The notes beneath the pieces are model-generated. The model was given only the letters and a program-made list of their open reading frames with translations. It searched no databases and had not been told where the DNA came from. From positions 186,001 to 250,000 of the forward strand of contig JBLDXI010000021.1 in NCBI GenBank assembly GCA_047495785.1: DNA of 64,000 nt. The letters run 5' to 3'. Of this stretch, positions 11,510 through 25,128 are shown in pieces (the stretch's first letter is position 1; the number at the start of each line of letters is the position of its first letter). The stretch is from Lepidodermella squamata (Eukaryota; Animalia; Gastrotricha). The position numbers and the translations under genes are program-made.

Positions 11510-13410
11510 TCGAAATGACCAATCTCCGGTTTATAATTGTTAGTAATCACTAGATGAAAAACATCACAAATGAATATTTCATCGTGTCTTCACAACGGGT
11601 ATTCCTTACAAACCCAAACTGAACTGATAATGAGAAAGTAAGCAAGGTTAAGCTTGACACAGAAGCACAAATACTTCAGCGTAAAACGTCGAATGCGAGA
11701 ATGAAGAAGTTCTACCTTCTGCTGAAGATAATAAGTTTCTTAGATATCAAGCGGCTGTGTCATCAAAACGGCTTTTTTCGGCCCAGTTTTCTCACCCACT
11801 AAAACATGCACAAATCAATCAATGACGCATTGACAAGCGGAAAGTAGTAGAGGCACATACATAGTATGGGCAGCCAATAAGTTTAGTTTCCACGACTGTT
11901 TTTTGCGCCCTTTCGCCCCAAAAAGGCGGACATCGCTGAGCAGTTGTCATAATCATTTTCTATTCCTAAAATGTTAACAATAGTTAAAGAAATAAATATT
12001 TAATTAATATTAAAGATTGAGAGCAAATCAATCTGCCGCAGTGAAATTGTCTAAAAATAGAATTAGTTCGGCCAGCAGCCAACGGCCAACCGAAATCCTG
12101 GATCGTGCGGCCATTATTTGCCCAGGTCCCTGGATTTAGCGATGCCGCCACGTCTGAATCCAAGTCTGACGCAAAGTCTGTCATCACTGGCTTATGTTTC
12201 ATAGTTTCGGGAAGGGTTAAAGAAACAGTGTGCATCCTTCGACCCTTAGCAAGGGATCCGTTCCAAATCCAACCTTAGTTCAAGCATGTTTTCTTCGAAA
12301 AGGGTTTCGACGCTTTCACATGTTTACTTATTCATCTTGTGGGTCTCTTTGCTATTCAGGTTATTCAGCATAGTCCACGGATATGCTCAGCATACACAGC
12401 ATTAAAAGTTCAAACCTTGCCGGCGATTCGCACGTCTCTTGCAAAAAATAAACATTGTCTGCAATTCCGGAAGTAAACCAGATTTGAAAGCAGCTTTTAC
12501 CACAGATTTCCCCGTGAAAATGAGTCATTTCGATTTGAGATGGGACCGGAGTTTTTTTGCGCATTGAAGAAGTGTTGGCTATTGTTTCGCCTAGTGCGTT
12601 CAGCTTGTTTTTACTCTGTGTGCAAATAACCTTTTCTTAACCTTGGTATTACAATCAAGACCGCTTCCTGAGCTCCTCAGGTGCCTTAGATTACTGTCAC
12701 TGTATGCTGTAAGTTAGTTGCTCCTTATAAGTGAAGGACTGAAGATACTGATGCAGTTAGTACGGCGCAGCATATACAGCTGTTACCGATGAGGTTGACA
12801 ACGTCGAGCCAAGTGAATGCATGGCATGGTTACAAAATACAGCTGCTATTCATCGTATAACATAGGGCTTGGCATTTGGCGTCATTAATAACGAGGAAAT
12901 GCAAACAGCAAGTTTGGCCAGAGAAACGCTATTATTTGTTTGCGTGGTTTATTCAGTCGGTATACCGGAGGATATTGCGCAAGCCAAAAGCGTAGCTTTC
13001 CATATTTAATGCTAAGTAACGCATTTTCAGGAAACGACAAGAAAGGGCCAAAAACCTTATCAGGTCGCCTTATCAATAAATGCGGGTGGATTTGGAAAAA
13101 GTATTCAGCGATTGATACAATCACCTATGAAAAAGGAAATGTTCTGAGTTTGATGATCAACATTTTTTAAACCTAACGTTCAAGGCGCACCTCCTTGTGA
13201 TTTTTAGTCAACAACTTTATCAGAAAACTACCTTGGTTGTTATTTTGTTTGCTCATGTTCAAGCGAATGAATTTGATTGGCTCTGTTTGTTCAAAGAAGT
13301 GTCACCTTTTATCGTTTCAATCTGCTGCTACGGCAGCAACAATGTGGTAGCGAGGGTTCGTTTACTTCAGCATTTGAATGGTCAAACTTATCTGTATAGC
13401 TTGGATTAGA

Positions 13411-14690
13411 ATGGCTAGCTTCAAAATGAGACTGGTTGCTTTGGCTATCGCCATGGCCGTAGCTCTTACTTTTGCATTAACGAGCAATTTTCCGAAATCT
13501 TCAATTTATGAATCAACCGATAACAGAGCCGAAAAATTTGCAAAATCTTTTGGTTCGGAGCTGTTTGCATCTGTCTCAAACAAACCCGATAGCGCTTTGG
13601 AGAAAGCCATAAAATTCGACGCTGTCAATTGTAGCCGGATTGACCAATTATGTCGAGACAATCAGCTGATAACGTATAAACATACGTACGAAATATTTCG
13701 CCAGGATGTGCTCAACTTTCGCAAAGTCGTTTTGATCATAACTCTCAACAAGCCGCATTTCGAGGCCATACCCAAGCTGCATCGATTATATTCAGCTATT
13801 TTTTCCCGCGTTATTTATTGTGCTCCAAGTGTTGGGAAAGTTCCCAATTTTTTAAAGCATCTTGTCAACGTTTCTATCGTCCAATACACCGAGGAACCGA
13901 CGGAGCCAACAGGGGCTAGTTTTTATACCTGCCTTCCTATTGTTCTGGAGTTGCTACCTCCGACTGAACTCGCGTTGCTCGACGGCATTCTAACGATTTC
14001 TGATGATCTTATCCCAAATTTATGGCATATCCGTCGAAATCGGAAACCCAGTGATGTTCTGAATAATAAATTGTGGTTACTCGATCATCAAATGGATATT
14101 TTCGATATCGATACTTTGAAATACTGTAACGGTTACTCTACGAATAACTCCATTGATTGTAATATTGCTGGAAAAAGATCCTGGCAGGTTCAAATCGATA
14201 ACCAAGTCAAGTTGCAAGCTTTATTCTCGGAAATCGAGTCGAAATTTCCCGAATTCTTAAGAAGATTAGCTGTTGCTGCGAGAGGTAATAGGATTTTCAG
14301 CTTTCCTTTAATCTATTTTTTATAATTCGCGCAGGTGCTAGAAGAGTTTTCAATAATTATGCCGATTTATTTTACGTTTCAACTGAATACTTTGAGCAAG
14401 CCTACGAAATTTTGAAGCTGTTTGGAAAACATGGCGTCTACATGGAATTCGCTGTTGGAACGGCATTTCGTGGCATAGTCGAAGATTGTGATTACCAAAT
14501 AAATTACATCGATCGCAGTGGTCAGCTGGGCCAAGAAGAAGTTCACTTGGTGCCGAGTGATATGTACGATGCTAGACGAGCCATTTTTCACCCATTCAAG
14601 CTTGGCCGTTTAGATTTTGAGCCTCTAACAGAGCAATGCGTTTATTGCTCTATTGTTCATTTGATGGAAGCTTATCGACAGCTCATGTGA
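13411..14690 (+). CDS. Type II membrane protein, DUF288/STELLO-like putative glycosyltransferase, 2 exons
   Basis: N-terminal signal anchor; VVLIITLNKPHFEAIPKLHRLYSAIFSRVIYC, GILTISDDLIPN, ADLFYV..F..HGVYMEFAV and FHPFKL motifs; intron 14285-14334 joins the two ORFs. Confidence 0.7.
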
Positions 14691-15082
14691 TTACGCATCT
14701 CTTCATTCCTAACATCAGCGCTTTCATTAATAAAAATTTGAAGAAAATTCCGTGCTGTTTTACCATATTGGAAGCAGTAATCGAGCGTTTGAATTCGTGG
14801 TAAACGACAACAAGGAAAAAGATAGCGAGACAGCTCCCGACTATTACTATTTGGTAGAAAATTCCGTGTTCCATTGCGCTAATAAATGTGGCCTATTAAT
14901 CGCAAAATTGCGGCAACATACCAAGCCCCTGTCAACTCTCAGCAAACAAAAATAACCAGTTGATAAAACAAGGCGTAATTTATTTGATAAAGACTATCAC
15001 ATGGAAGAAGTCATGATATAAGTATGTAGAATTTCAAAATTGATGGAAGCGCTATCAATTATTGTGCAGCAATATTACTAAC

Positions 15083-18000
15083 CTAAAACGCCGGTGTTTT
15101 AGCAAAATCTAAATCTCGGCCAGTTTCGAAGTCGTCAACTTCAGCCATGTCAATGTCGAGAGATTTTATCAGCTCGTTTACAACCGCGTCCATCGCTATG
15201 TCGGAAACAACTTTTTCGTGATAGCGCCGCATGGGTAAACATTCAGCGACCATGCCACGCGTCGTGATTGTTTGCACAGTTTTGCTCAACATTTCCTGCA
15301 GTAAAGTATCGTACAGCGCGATGTCAACTTCAAGTTGAGGCGATAAAATCAAGCTTTGTTGAGCGACTTGAAGCAGACAAATGTCCAAAACCATCGAGTG
15401 TAAAACAGGTCCTTCAAGGGCGTCCTTCATCTGCCGCCTCCGAGATCGCCTTGATCGCCTTTCATATTCGCCCAGAGACTCAGCGGCTAATTTGATCATT
15501 TCAATAGCAACAACTTGATTGATTAGGAAGTCATCAACAACTGACTCGATGCTTTCCTCTAGAATTATTTCTTTTGCCAATATTTTCAAATCTACATCCA
15601 GCACGTCTTTCACGATACCCTCGGCAGCTTTCGGCAGAGTCAGCTCGCGAAAAAACATGTCAACATCTTCAACGGGCGTTGTAGCTTCTGGCTTTTTCGC
15701 CGCCGTATTTATCGAAACTTGCGTTTCTTCGACAATTTTTTGAACCGTCATTTCGTTCCGCTGCAGCGCTGTTTCCATTATTTGATTCGGTGATGGAAGG
15801 CGCTCGATGATTTTGCGCGTCATTTCTCGCTTCTCTTCTAGATCTTCCGCAAGTTTTTTCTCAATCAGCGCTGAAACAGCCTCCACGCTAGTCGCTTGAA
15901 GCACTCGACCGACCTCAAACGACAATATTTCGTCCATTAAATCGTCGGCAACGCTGTCGACGATGAAGGACGCGAATCTTTTGTTGGTGTTGAATCGTTC
16001 GTTAATCGCGCCTTTCCGTACGCGAGGAGATGGCTTTTCTTTTTCTCGCCTCGAAGAAGAAATGGGAATTTCTTCGAAGTAAGACTTGGCCGTTTCCTTG
16101 CTTTTTTCCAAGTGGCCGTACATTTCTTCGATCAACATTGCAGATTCGCGATGGATTGATTTTGAAGTAGGCGCAATAGTAATCGGTGGTGGAGTTGGAG
16201 GTTTTGGAGGTTCTGGAACTGATGTAATAATCGGCTCAGGGATTGGCGGAGGAGCTTGTGGCATAGAAACGACGGCCTCGAAAGTTGAGTTTCGCCGATC
16301 GCGAGGAGATGAGCTGAAGTTTTTGGCTGGCTTTGCCTTCTTTTCCACACTGTTTTGTTGGCGATCGAGTAACTTTGATTCTTGATCTAGAATAAAGTTG
16401 TCCAGGTCGCGTAATTGGTTGAAATACCGTGATAATCGCTGATTGGCTGATGCCAGTTCGTTATCAACGCTTGAGTCGTTATTTGTATTACCAATGCCGT
16501 AATGTTCACTCTGACAAGATAAAGAAACCGTGGTATCAGGGCAAAAAGAAAAATACGATTTTACCTTAAATAGCTCGTAGCTTTTCAACGCCTCTTCGGC
16601 GATTGGGGTCAACTTTTTACTCTTTTTCGGCTCTTTGCTCATTTCGCTTGGAGGATCAGACGTAAGCCAAGCCATTGTTCGATCGTCAGAGCTGAGATCT
16701 GTGACAATTGTTGCCTCGTTTCGAGAAGAAGAGATATAATCAGAATCTGAAAAGCAGTATACATAAAATTCGAGTTACATTAAAATCTGATTGACTCCGT
16801 ACCTTTTATTGCAGGTTGATAGACGAAAGGCGTCGGGAAATTTGAAGTGTCAATTGTAAATTGACCGGCATTAGAATGGGGCAATGTAGACGAATCCGGA
16901 CCCTGTCGAGCTTTAGACATGCTACTAGCTACCATTGATAGCTTGTCTAGTCTCGCAGTGTGGACAGATTCATCTGGCTCCCCGAAAATAAGAGGCGGAG
17001 CCATTCGTGGAGCGAACGTATCGTCCCAGTCAGTCGTGTGTCCATTAGCTTGGGCTATTGATGATTTTGCAGGCATATCAATGGGTTGGGCCAAGGAGAT
17101 GCTTGGATTAGGCGGTAGAGTGGATACCGTTTTCGACACTTCATTTGAAATAGATTTTATCGGATTTGGCTTATGATCTATTGGGTAAACCGGTAATGGA
17201 ATATTATCAACAGGGAGTAACTAGTTACCGATAGCACCAATAGGTTTCGTTGAAACGGAGTTCAAAGACCCCAACTCGTCTGTAGTTGTTTCAGCATCAA
17301 CCGCATCTTTCTCAACAACTATCCTAACCTATAAACACATATGCTTTCAATGATTATTATCGAATTTAAGAATCAGCACCTTTTTCACCCTTCTCCTTCT
17401 TGATCGCGAGCCTCGCCCACTCTCAGCATCAGACCCATTTCGAGAATCAATTTTCAAATTCGACTTCATAGGCTGCACGCTGTTTATTTGGGGGTTGATG
17501 TTGCCGTACATGTTTGGCATCGGCATCGTGATCGGTTGTTGAGGAATGCCATAAAAAGGCATTTGATATGACATTGCAGCAGGCAAAAACATGTTCTGCA
17601 TCGGTGGAGGTGCGTAGTACACCGTTGGAGGTTGAGGCGGCGTGATTGCAAGCGAAACTCGATGAGCTTTCTTAGACGAATGTTTGCTACGCTTCTTTTT
17701 CCCAGGCTTGACATTAGGAGTGGTTATAAATTCCAACTCTTCACTTGATAAAGATGCACTGGAAGGTGAACTGCTGCTGCTGCTTTTGCTCCGATGCTTT
17801 CTACGAGTCACAGGAGGAATCGGAGGCTTTGGGCCGCGTCTAAGATCATTACTGTAGGGCGAGGAGGAGACTCTAGCGCAATAAAATAATGCGAAACGAT
17901 TTATTCAAAATAATTCAATGAATAATACGACTTTTACCGTGATGACTCTGCTGAATTGAGTCGAGAGGATGGAGTTTTCGACAATCTGTCTTGCAGTTGA

Positions 18001-18113
18001 ATCAACCTGAATCGTGATATTTAGTCGTAAAAAATCTACTATTACAAGATTAAGTACCTCTCTTTCTTCCTGTTCCATATTCCCTCAAGACCATGCCTGA
18101 TCCTTACAGACAT
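15083..18113 (-). CDS. Large uncharacterised multi-exon protein (Ser/Pro-rich N-terminal part, helical acidic C-terminal part)
   Basis: Long ORFs 15083-16675, 16780-17139 and 17347-17811 on one strand, separated by short GT-AG introns. First exons splice as MSVRIRHGLEGIWNRKKER/LIQLQDRLSK../VSSSPYSNDLRRGPKPP. Confidence 0.7.
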
Positions 18114-18633
18114 TGCTTTCGCTTTTCCATCAGCAGATTAACACGAAGTCAACACGAAGTTAGCTGTTCGGAGTCCACTCCTTCATGGGCGACAGAAAAG
18201 CGTCCTTAGTTGTGTAAATTAAAAGCTCAATACATTTATAAATATTAAAATTCAATTGGGAAAATGATTTGACATATAAATATGTCATTATTTGATTGGC
18301 GCTAAATCTTTGAACGGCGCAGCACGACCTTTGATCTTGCCATCAGGGTGAATGTTGAAAATGAATGTGTTAGTAGTGCGCGTGTTTTCTCATGAAGAGC
18401 ACGATTGCGTCGCTTTTTGCAATGAGTTTTTTATGGTTTTTTAGATATGCCGGTCATTGACTGTACCTTACGCAAGTTTTTTAGGTGCTTTTGTTGTGCA
18501 TTCGCTCACTGAACGCTTCAAATCACTTAAATATCCTCCTGTTGTAATTCACTGTTCAATTATTTTGTATATGTCTTTTATCTTTTATAAGGATCTCGTT
18601 TATTACTATTGTAACGGTGAATCTTCAATTAAA

Positions 18634-19290
18634 ATGGCTGATCAAACTGAAACCGTTCAACACGTTGTTGAAATCGACCAGCAAGTGTCGGATTTGAAGG
18701 AACAATTATCGGAATGGAAGCCGCTGGTTCTTGGATGTTCTCGTTTAATGCTATGGGAAAAGCCCCTTGAAGCAGCCATTGTTGTTGCTTTACCAACTCT
18801 GTTTTTCTCGTTAATTTACTTCTTGGACGCGGGGCTGCTTTCAATTTTGTCATTGGCCGGATTGGCTTTCGTTGTTCTGGACCTCGGCCTCCCTCATCTT
18901 ATTGCCCACCTCAATCTTGGCAAGAACGCTACTCCCGCAGACGATGAAGTCATTTTTGAACGATTTTGCCATCGTTTGGTTACCCTCAAAGTACATTTCG
19001 GATCATTTCTTGGCGCTCTGAAGAAGTTTCGCTCAGATAAGCCTCCTGTTTTCTACGTTGTCATCAGCATTCTTCTAATTTCTCTTGCATGGATCGGTGC
19101 TTGCACAAATGGAGTTTGTATTGCTTACTTTATTACTCTCGGCCTGGCTTTGTATCCTGGCATTCGCAAGCATCGTCTCTTGGAAAACGGCTTTGTTCAG
19201 GCTGTCGAAACGGTCAAGGGACTGATTGCCAAGGCTAAGTCTGGCGCTGCCGGTGCTGCGGCTGCTGCTAACAAGCAGAAGAAAAAGTGA
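18634..19290 (+). CDS. ARL6IP1: ARL6IP1 / reticulon-like ER-shaping protein
   Basis: MADQTE..DLKEQLSEWKPLVLGCSRLMLWEKP, two long hydrophobic hairpins, FERFCHRLV, LYPGIRKHRLL and a Lys-rich C-terminus (KQKKK). Confidence 0.85.
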   Translation: MADQTETVQHVVEIDQQVSDLKEQLSEWKPLVLGCSRLMLWEKPLEAAIVVALPTLFFSLIYFLDAGLLSILSLAGLAFVVLDLGLPHLIAHLNLGKNATPADDEVIFERFCHRLVTLKVHFGSFLGALKKFRSDKPPVFYVVISILLISLAWIGACTNGVCIAYFITLGLALYPGIRKHRLLENGFVQAVETVKGLIAKAKSGAAGAAAAANKQKKK

Positions 19291-20270
19291 AGTGTCATCG
19301 AATTGCCAAGTTTATGCCTTCCTAATGATAATCGAAGCAAAGAAAACAGGACTTGATGTGAGATAGTAATGGTGTGCAAATAGCACCCTGCCTTTTATCT
19401 TTATAGGGTGACATGGTCATTAGTCATGTGAATGTGACCAATCATCGATCATTTTTAGTGAATCACAAAGCAGCAGTGGCAACTACTTGTTTTGTCATGG
19501 AAATAAAAATTGTAAATGCTAATATCGTATTATAAAATAAAGTTGACTTTAATCTACCGATTTGTTCTTAATTGTCTGGTCGCTTAACCTATTGTGCTAA
19601 ATAAGGCAGGAGCTGCTATTTTTTCTTTGATCTGAATGGTCAAATGCTAGTATTCCACCAGCCATGAATGCTATTTTTACTTTACAAAACACATGATAAG
19701 TGCCTGAATAATTTGATAATTGCTGATTTTGTTAAACGAAATCGATAGATCTTGTCGAGTTATATCGTTGCCATCTCAAGTTTTGTAAATCGCTTTTTCT
19801 TTGCAAACGCAGCTCATTATTCGGTCATTAGACGTGTAAACAGGTTGACATCTCTAATGCTAATCCGCACACATTTTATGGAATAGGTGTGAAGTTTGCC
19901 GTGATTATCAGGAGATTTTCTTTTCACATTTCTGCTCTAATTTCTATCGAGCCGGGTACAACCTGTATTTCTATAGACAATGCATTATTTATCTTGTCGT
20001 CAATTGAAGTTAACTAACATTTTTGTAATAAAAGCTACCGAGGTGGATGAAATAACAATACTGGCTCATCAAAGTGAATAATATTTGATACATTAGGTGT
20101 ATTGTGGAATTGGACCATTTCTAAAAACTGTATGGTCTTGCGCTTGTCCTTTAGAGCCTGTTCTCTGCTTTCGATGTGGTAGAAAAACTTGCTGAAAGAT
20201 ATAACGAAGTTTCTATAATAAGGATGTATTATTATTTAACGTGGTGACTCTTTTGTAATTTTAGGTTCGA

Positions 20271-23200
20271 ATGAAAATATTTTGCTTTATTTTATTATCT
20301 GGTCATCTATGGCTTATCCACGCGGAGCAATCTATTTGCCTTGAAAACGACTTCTACTGCCCCAAAAGTGACCGCTGCATTTCCCAGCGATTACGCTGTG
20401 ACGGCACCTTACAATGCGAATTCGGCGAGGACGAAAAGGATTGCACTTGTGCCATGAAATGCGACAATGGCACTTACTGCGTGTTCCGCAGCCAACGATG
20501 CGACGGCACATACCAGTGTAAGGACAAGCGCGATGAAGAAAACTGCGTCAATGGAATATCTTGCTCATATGGAAAATTCTCATGCCCTGTAAACGCAACT
20601 ATAACATGTCTCGAAAACTCGCTGAAATGCAACTCACAGAAAGACTGTGATGACGGACAGGATGAATCTTCCTGTGAAGTATTGTCTGCTCCAAAGTCAC
20701 TTGCGATAAAGGATTTATGGTGTAGCGATGCGGAAAATCGCCCGAAATTCTGCCCAATTTCAATATCTCATGATAGCTTCAAGGAAAAATGCCCACAAAG
20801 CGCTGTTTTCTCATCAGCTTTTCGTTTAAATTTCGGTCTTAAGGTTGAAAATTGCAACTCATTTCCTGACTGTCCGCTTGGCGAGGACGAGCTGCGCTGC
20901 GATAAAGTGACATGTGATGAATTTTCTTGTCGAAACGGTCGCGAATGTTTGCGGAATTTTCAAGTCTGCGACGGTTTCTCGCAATGCAGTGATGGCTCTG
21001 ATGAATTCGCATCTACATGCCTGCAGCTAAAATCTGATTCACTGAAGCCGTACGATGACTTGGAAAAGTGCGCTCATAAGTGCCGATTGCCTGATTTAGA
21101 CTCGAAATCGCCGGCTCTAGATCTGCCGTATTCGCGGTTCTGCATTACGCCGGAACAGGTCTGCGATGGCATTGAAGATTGCCCGCTCGGCGATGATGAA
21201 AATCGCTCGGCGCATGGTTGCCAAGCCGCAAATGGTGAGTAACTTATATTATCAATCAGTCTGGAGCCCACTAGCATCAACAACACACTTTTCGCAGCAA
21301 TAATTTCGCATTTATCTCGGCTTGGCGATTTATGTTTGTTTATTCGCTATCATGCGTAGCATGTTGTTGGCCCGCGCCCAAATTATGATTACTCACTGCT
21401 GCTCGGGCTGCGTCAATGCGAGTATGTGTAATAAATCGATTTGCTGTAAACAACACTGAAGCAAAGCCGAGGCGTGTCTTCTTGTTCGCCCTCGAATAAG
21501 CTTGTCGCATTTCAATTAGCGAAGCGATCTCACTTTGTGAGAACCCTCCAGTTAATAAGCGACGCTATGTCGCGCCGATTCAGCGATGATCCATAAAGTT
21601 TGCAAATTTACAAAATGCTGTGAATCTTTGCGAGGGAAACGAAAGTCTACATTCCTCACAGAAATTTGCTCGCGATGCAGAATAAAATGAAATATAACAT
21701 AAGTAATAATTATTCTTAGTGTGAAATGCCGCTTTCAGAGTCTTCAGAAAATTGACTGTAATTTTACTAAAAAAGTGAATTAAAGTGAATTAAAGTGAAT
21801 TAAAGAATTAAAGATTTTATTAATTTTTGTCAATATTTTTCTCAACATTCCGAATTAAATCTGCCTTGAAATTTGAGTTTCGAATCCACCCTGATAAATA
21901 AATGAAAATTTGCAACACGAGTTACATTCAAGAGGGATTCATTTGGAATTTTTTTCCAATTTTTTCATTCAAATTAAAATTAATATAAGCCTTGAATAAC
22001 GGAATTTTCTGATACCATCAATGCTAGCTTTATTGCGTTGAGCTTACCTATGGGGAACCGGCCTCGTTACGCTTGGTGAATAATGAGGGTTGCGTTTATG
22101 TAAATAAATAACTAATATAAGTTGATACAAGGCAATAAGCCTGCGTACTTTGGCCTTTTACCGTTTTTTACGACCGGTCATAACGTGGTTTTTTTTCGTT
22201 ACCTTGCAGAAATACGCACAGTTACTCAACACTGCGGCGATAAGCCGAGTTTGGCGTGCGATGCAGATACAACGGATTGCGTGGTTACGCCGGCTTTCGG
22301 CGCCATTTGCCAGTGCAAGCCCGGTTTCCGGCCAACGGGCGCGTCCGTAACGAGCTGCGTCGATATCGACGAATGCGCCCTCGGTGCGTGCGACCACTCG
22401 TGCGAAAACCTCGACGGCTCCTTCGCGTGCAGCTGCCGTAGTGGCTATCATCTATCCGCCGCGAGTTGCCAGAAATGTGAACCGGACAGCGACGAGGAAG
22501 AGCCGTATTTCGTATTTTCCACGTCGAAAATGATCTATAGACTTGATCAAGCGTCGGAATGGGGCCGGGTGAATTTGTACCTCGCTAATGCCGATCAAAT
22601 TCGGCCATCGTGGGCCGGTCCGATCGCGTTTGATTACGATCGTATGGACGACCTGTTAATTTTCTACAATCACGGCTCAATTCAGGCTAAATTGGGTAGT
22701 TTCAATCGTGAAGCGTGGCATTTTCTCAGCGTCGATCACGATGTCACTTGGCTTGTCTATGACGATTTGAACAATAATGTGTATTACAATAATGGAAATG
22801 ACGGGTCGAATGGTTACTTCTGGCGTGCTTTCTATGTCGGAATTTTCCGTGAAAAAGGCGTGAATAGCCGCAGTCAAGTGACTAGAGCGTCGCGGTCAAG
22901 TGAGGTCAAAACTGTGATTGCTAATCAAAGCGCCGTTGGTTCGTGGACGTCTAATCTCGTCCCGTACCCGGAAATGGGTTTCATGTTCTACTCAGTGCAT
23001 TCAAAATCTGTTGATGATAAGTTGTACTACGCAGCGCTGAACGGTGAAGATGTGAAGCAAATCGGCGCGAATTTGTTCAAGCGAATAATTTCGGTCTCAA
23101 TCGACCGGTCTTCCGCTTTTCTCTACGTCCTCGATGCTGACCGGCCTGGTATTGGTCAATTTAGGATACAGGTTAAACAATCAGTGGCTGCTTTGGGCGA

Positions 23201-24762
23201 ATTTTCGTGGATTGAAGAGCGAAGATCGTTTTTCGGCCCGAATCCTTACGTGACGTTTGCATCTGGCAGCTTTGATTCGGAAATGTACTTCTTGCGCGGA
23301 GAATTCACCGAAAACGTTAGTACTCTTTCGATTTCCTATTCAAATTTAGTATTGGATCTTAAATAAGTGAACCTAAACAGTTTTTAGAAGGTAAAATATC
23401 GGCCTTTGCTTAAAAATTATAAAGTTTAATGTTTGAATCGATATTGGGTGATTTCTTGATACCCTGTAAATTTTCAAAATGTTATACCTCTTTTTTGCCA
23501 TTTGAAACTTGTCTCTAGGACATTGTACAATTAGCGGTTAATTTTTGGCGCTTATTTGCACTTCTAAGGGCATTTTGAGTTTGACGATTCACGCTTTAAA
23601 TTCGCGTCGAATTGTGAAGAAACTCAAGAACTACAGCTGTATTAATTCAAGGCCATATTATTCGTATATTTAAATCTTCCAAAATTACTCGATTTTATAC
23701 CTGAACTGCAGGCAGATGCCATGCTCAAAATTTCAAAAATTAGTCGTCTTCGATTTCAGAGAAATTGAAGATAATGCCAATTTTTTCAAGAATATTTGAT
23801 AATTACAAAGATTTTATGCGAAATAAGACCTGCCTTTTTATTGAAACTGATGAATTGGAGAATTGTTTTTATAATATAAGCCCTGGAAATGTGATCTTAT
23901 ATAGCACGAAGTGTCCAAGGTTACCCTATCTACATTTTACGCGTGAATGTAACTTTTAGTCTAACCAAATTGCGATTTTCGTGGATTTTCTGAGCACTCT
24001 TTAGAATTCGAAATTGATTTGGAGAAAGCTTTTCTTATTATTATTCAATGCATATTAATAATTTTGAATTTTTTCTCCCAGGGTGTTTTCAGGACGTCTT
24101 TTCTTACTTCGAACAAATCTTCGCTAATGGCGTTCAAAAACTCGGCGGCTTCAACATCGCCACTATCACTGATTTCAGCTGCCGAACTCGTCGCGAATAC
24201 ATCGTTTTTCCGAGTTCGCTCCGTCGGCTATAATTATATTCCAATGGACGCTTGCTTCCACGACCGGCAACACACTTGCGAGACGCATCACATCTGCCTA
24301 TCGCGGCCGCCTGAACCTGGTCTAACCAGCGCTCATATTCGAGCCGTTTGCGAATGTCCGGATTCAGAGACGAAGAATTGCGAGAGGAAAATGCCCAAAA
24401 TTCGACCCGATTTCCAGCCACCTTATTTACCTCGCCCGCCTTTCGACGAGTTTCACTCGAGAACGGAATGTAGTCACCTTGTTCTCGACCCGAAGCCGAA
24501 ACGTGTCCAGCATAACTATTTCAAGCCATCGCCCGGTTTCAAGAAAAACGAGCCTGAAATTGAAGAAGTAACCGATTTGAACCCAGAGCCGTTTGAGACG
24601 AACTGGACCCAGGGCAACTCGTTGGAAGATCATTTGAAAGCCTTTCAAAAAGCGTCATTCGATGCACTCCAGTCAGAACCGAGCAGGTGTAGTTATCTAG
24701 ACGCAAATCACATACCGATTTTGATTTCATTTCTCCTCTTCCTGATTCACCGGGTCATATGA
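20271..24762 (+). CDS. LDL-receptor-family-like protein (signal peptide, several LDLa repeats, EGF pair, divergent beta-propeller, EGF, hydrophobic C-terminus); exons 20271-21234, 22210-23315, 24082-24762
   Basis: Repeated CDG..QC..G.DE..C LDLa units; calcium-binding EGF DIDECALGACDHSCENLDGSFACSC; phase-compatible GT-AG introns. Confidence 0.85.
21773..21811. repeat. Short tandem repeat (AAAGTGAATT)x3 plus a partial copy, intronic
   Basis: aaagtgaatt repeated directly in the LDLR-like intron 1. Confidence 0.8.
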
Positions 24763-24977
24763 TATGCGATGTTAATGATTATTATAGAGTGATGCAACAG
24801 AATCTCAGCCATAGCCCTTCCTTTCCAGGCTGCTATTACAAAATTTGAGTTATGCGCTTGATCTGCTTGATCCATATATATCTTTATTTTCCTACTAAAA
24901 CACAACGCCAAATTTTCAGCGAGTTGTGGCGCTAAATCTGCGGAAAAAATAATCTGAAAAATTGTGATTTGTTTTTG

Positions 24978-25044
24978 TTTCGTTTTTGTACAACGTTGTT
25001 TTTTGCGATTATGACGAAATAAAAAAGCGGTTGTTTCCGAAAAA
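24978..25044 (+). repeat. Direct repeat pair 1, copy A (3' end of LDLR-like gene, AATAAA at 25018-25023)
   Basis: TTTCGTTTTTGTACAACGTTGTTT...TGACGAA...AAAGCGGTTGTTTCCGAAAAA recurs at 27467-27534. Confidence 0.9.
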
Positions 25045-25128
25045 TGTTGATCGTTCTTATGAGTACAGGGTAATTTTGAAAAAAACCGAGGATTAAAAAT
25101 CAGTTATAGTTCAACAATCGATGATTTC

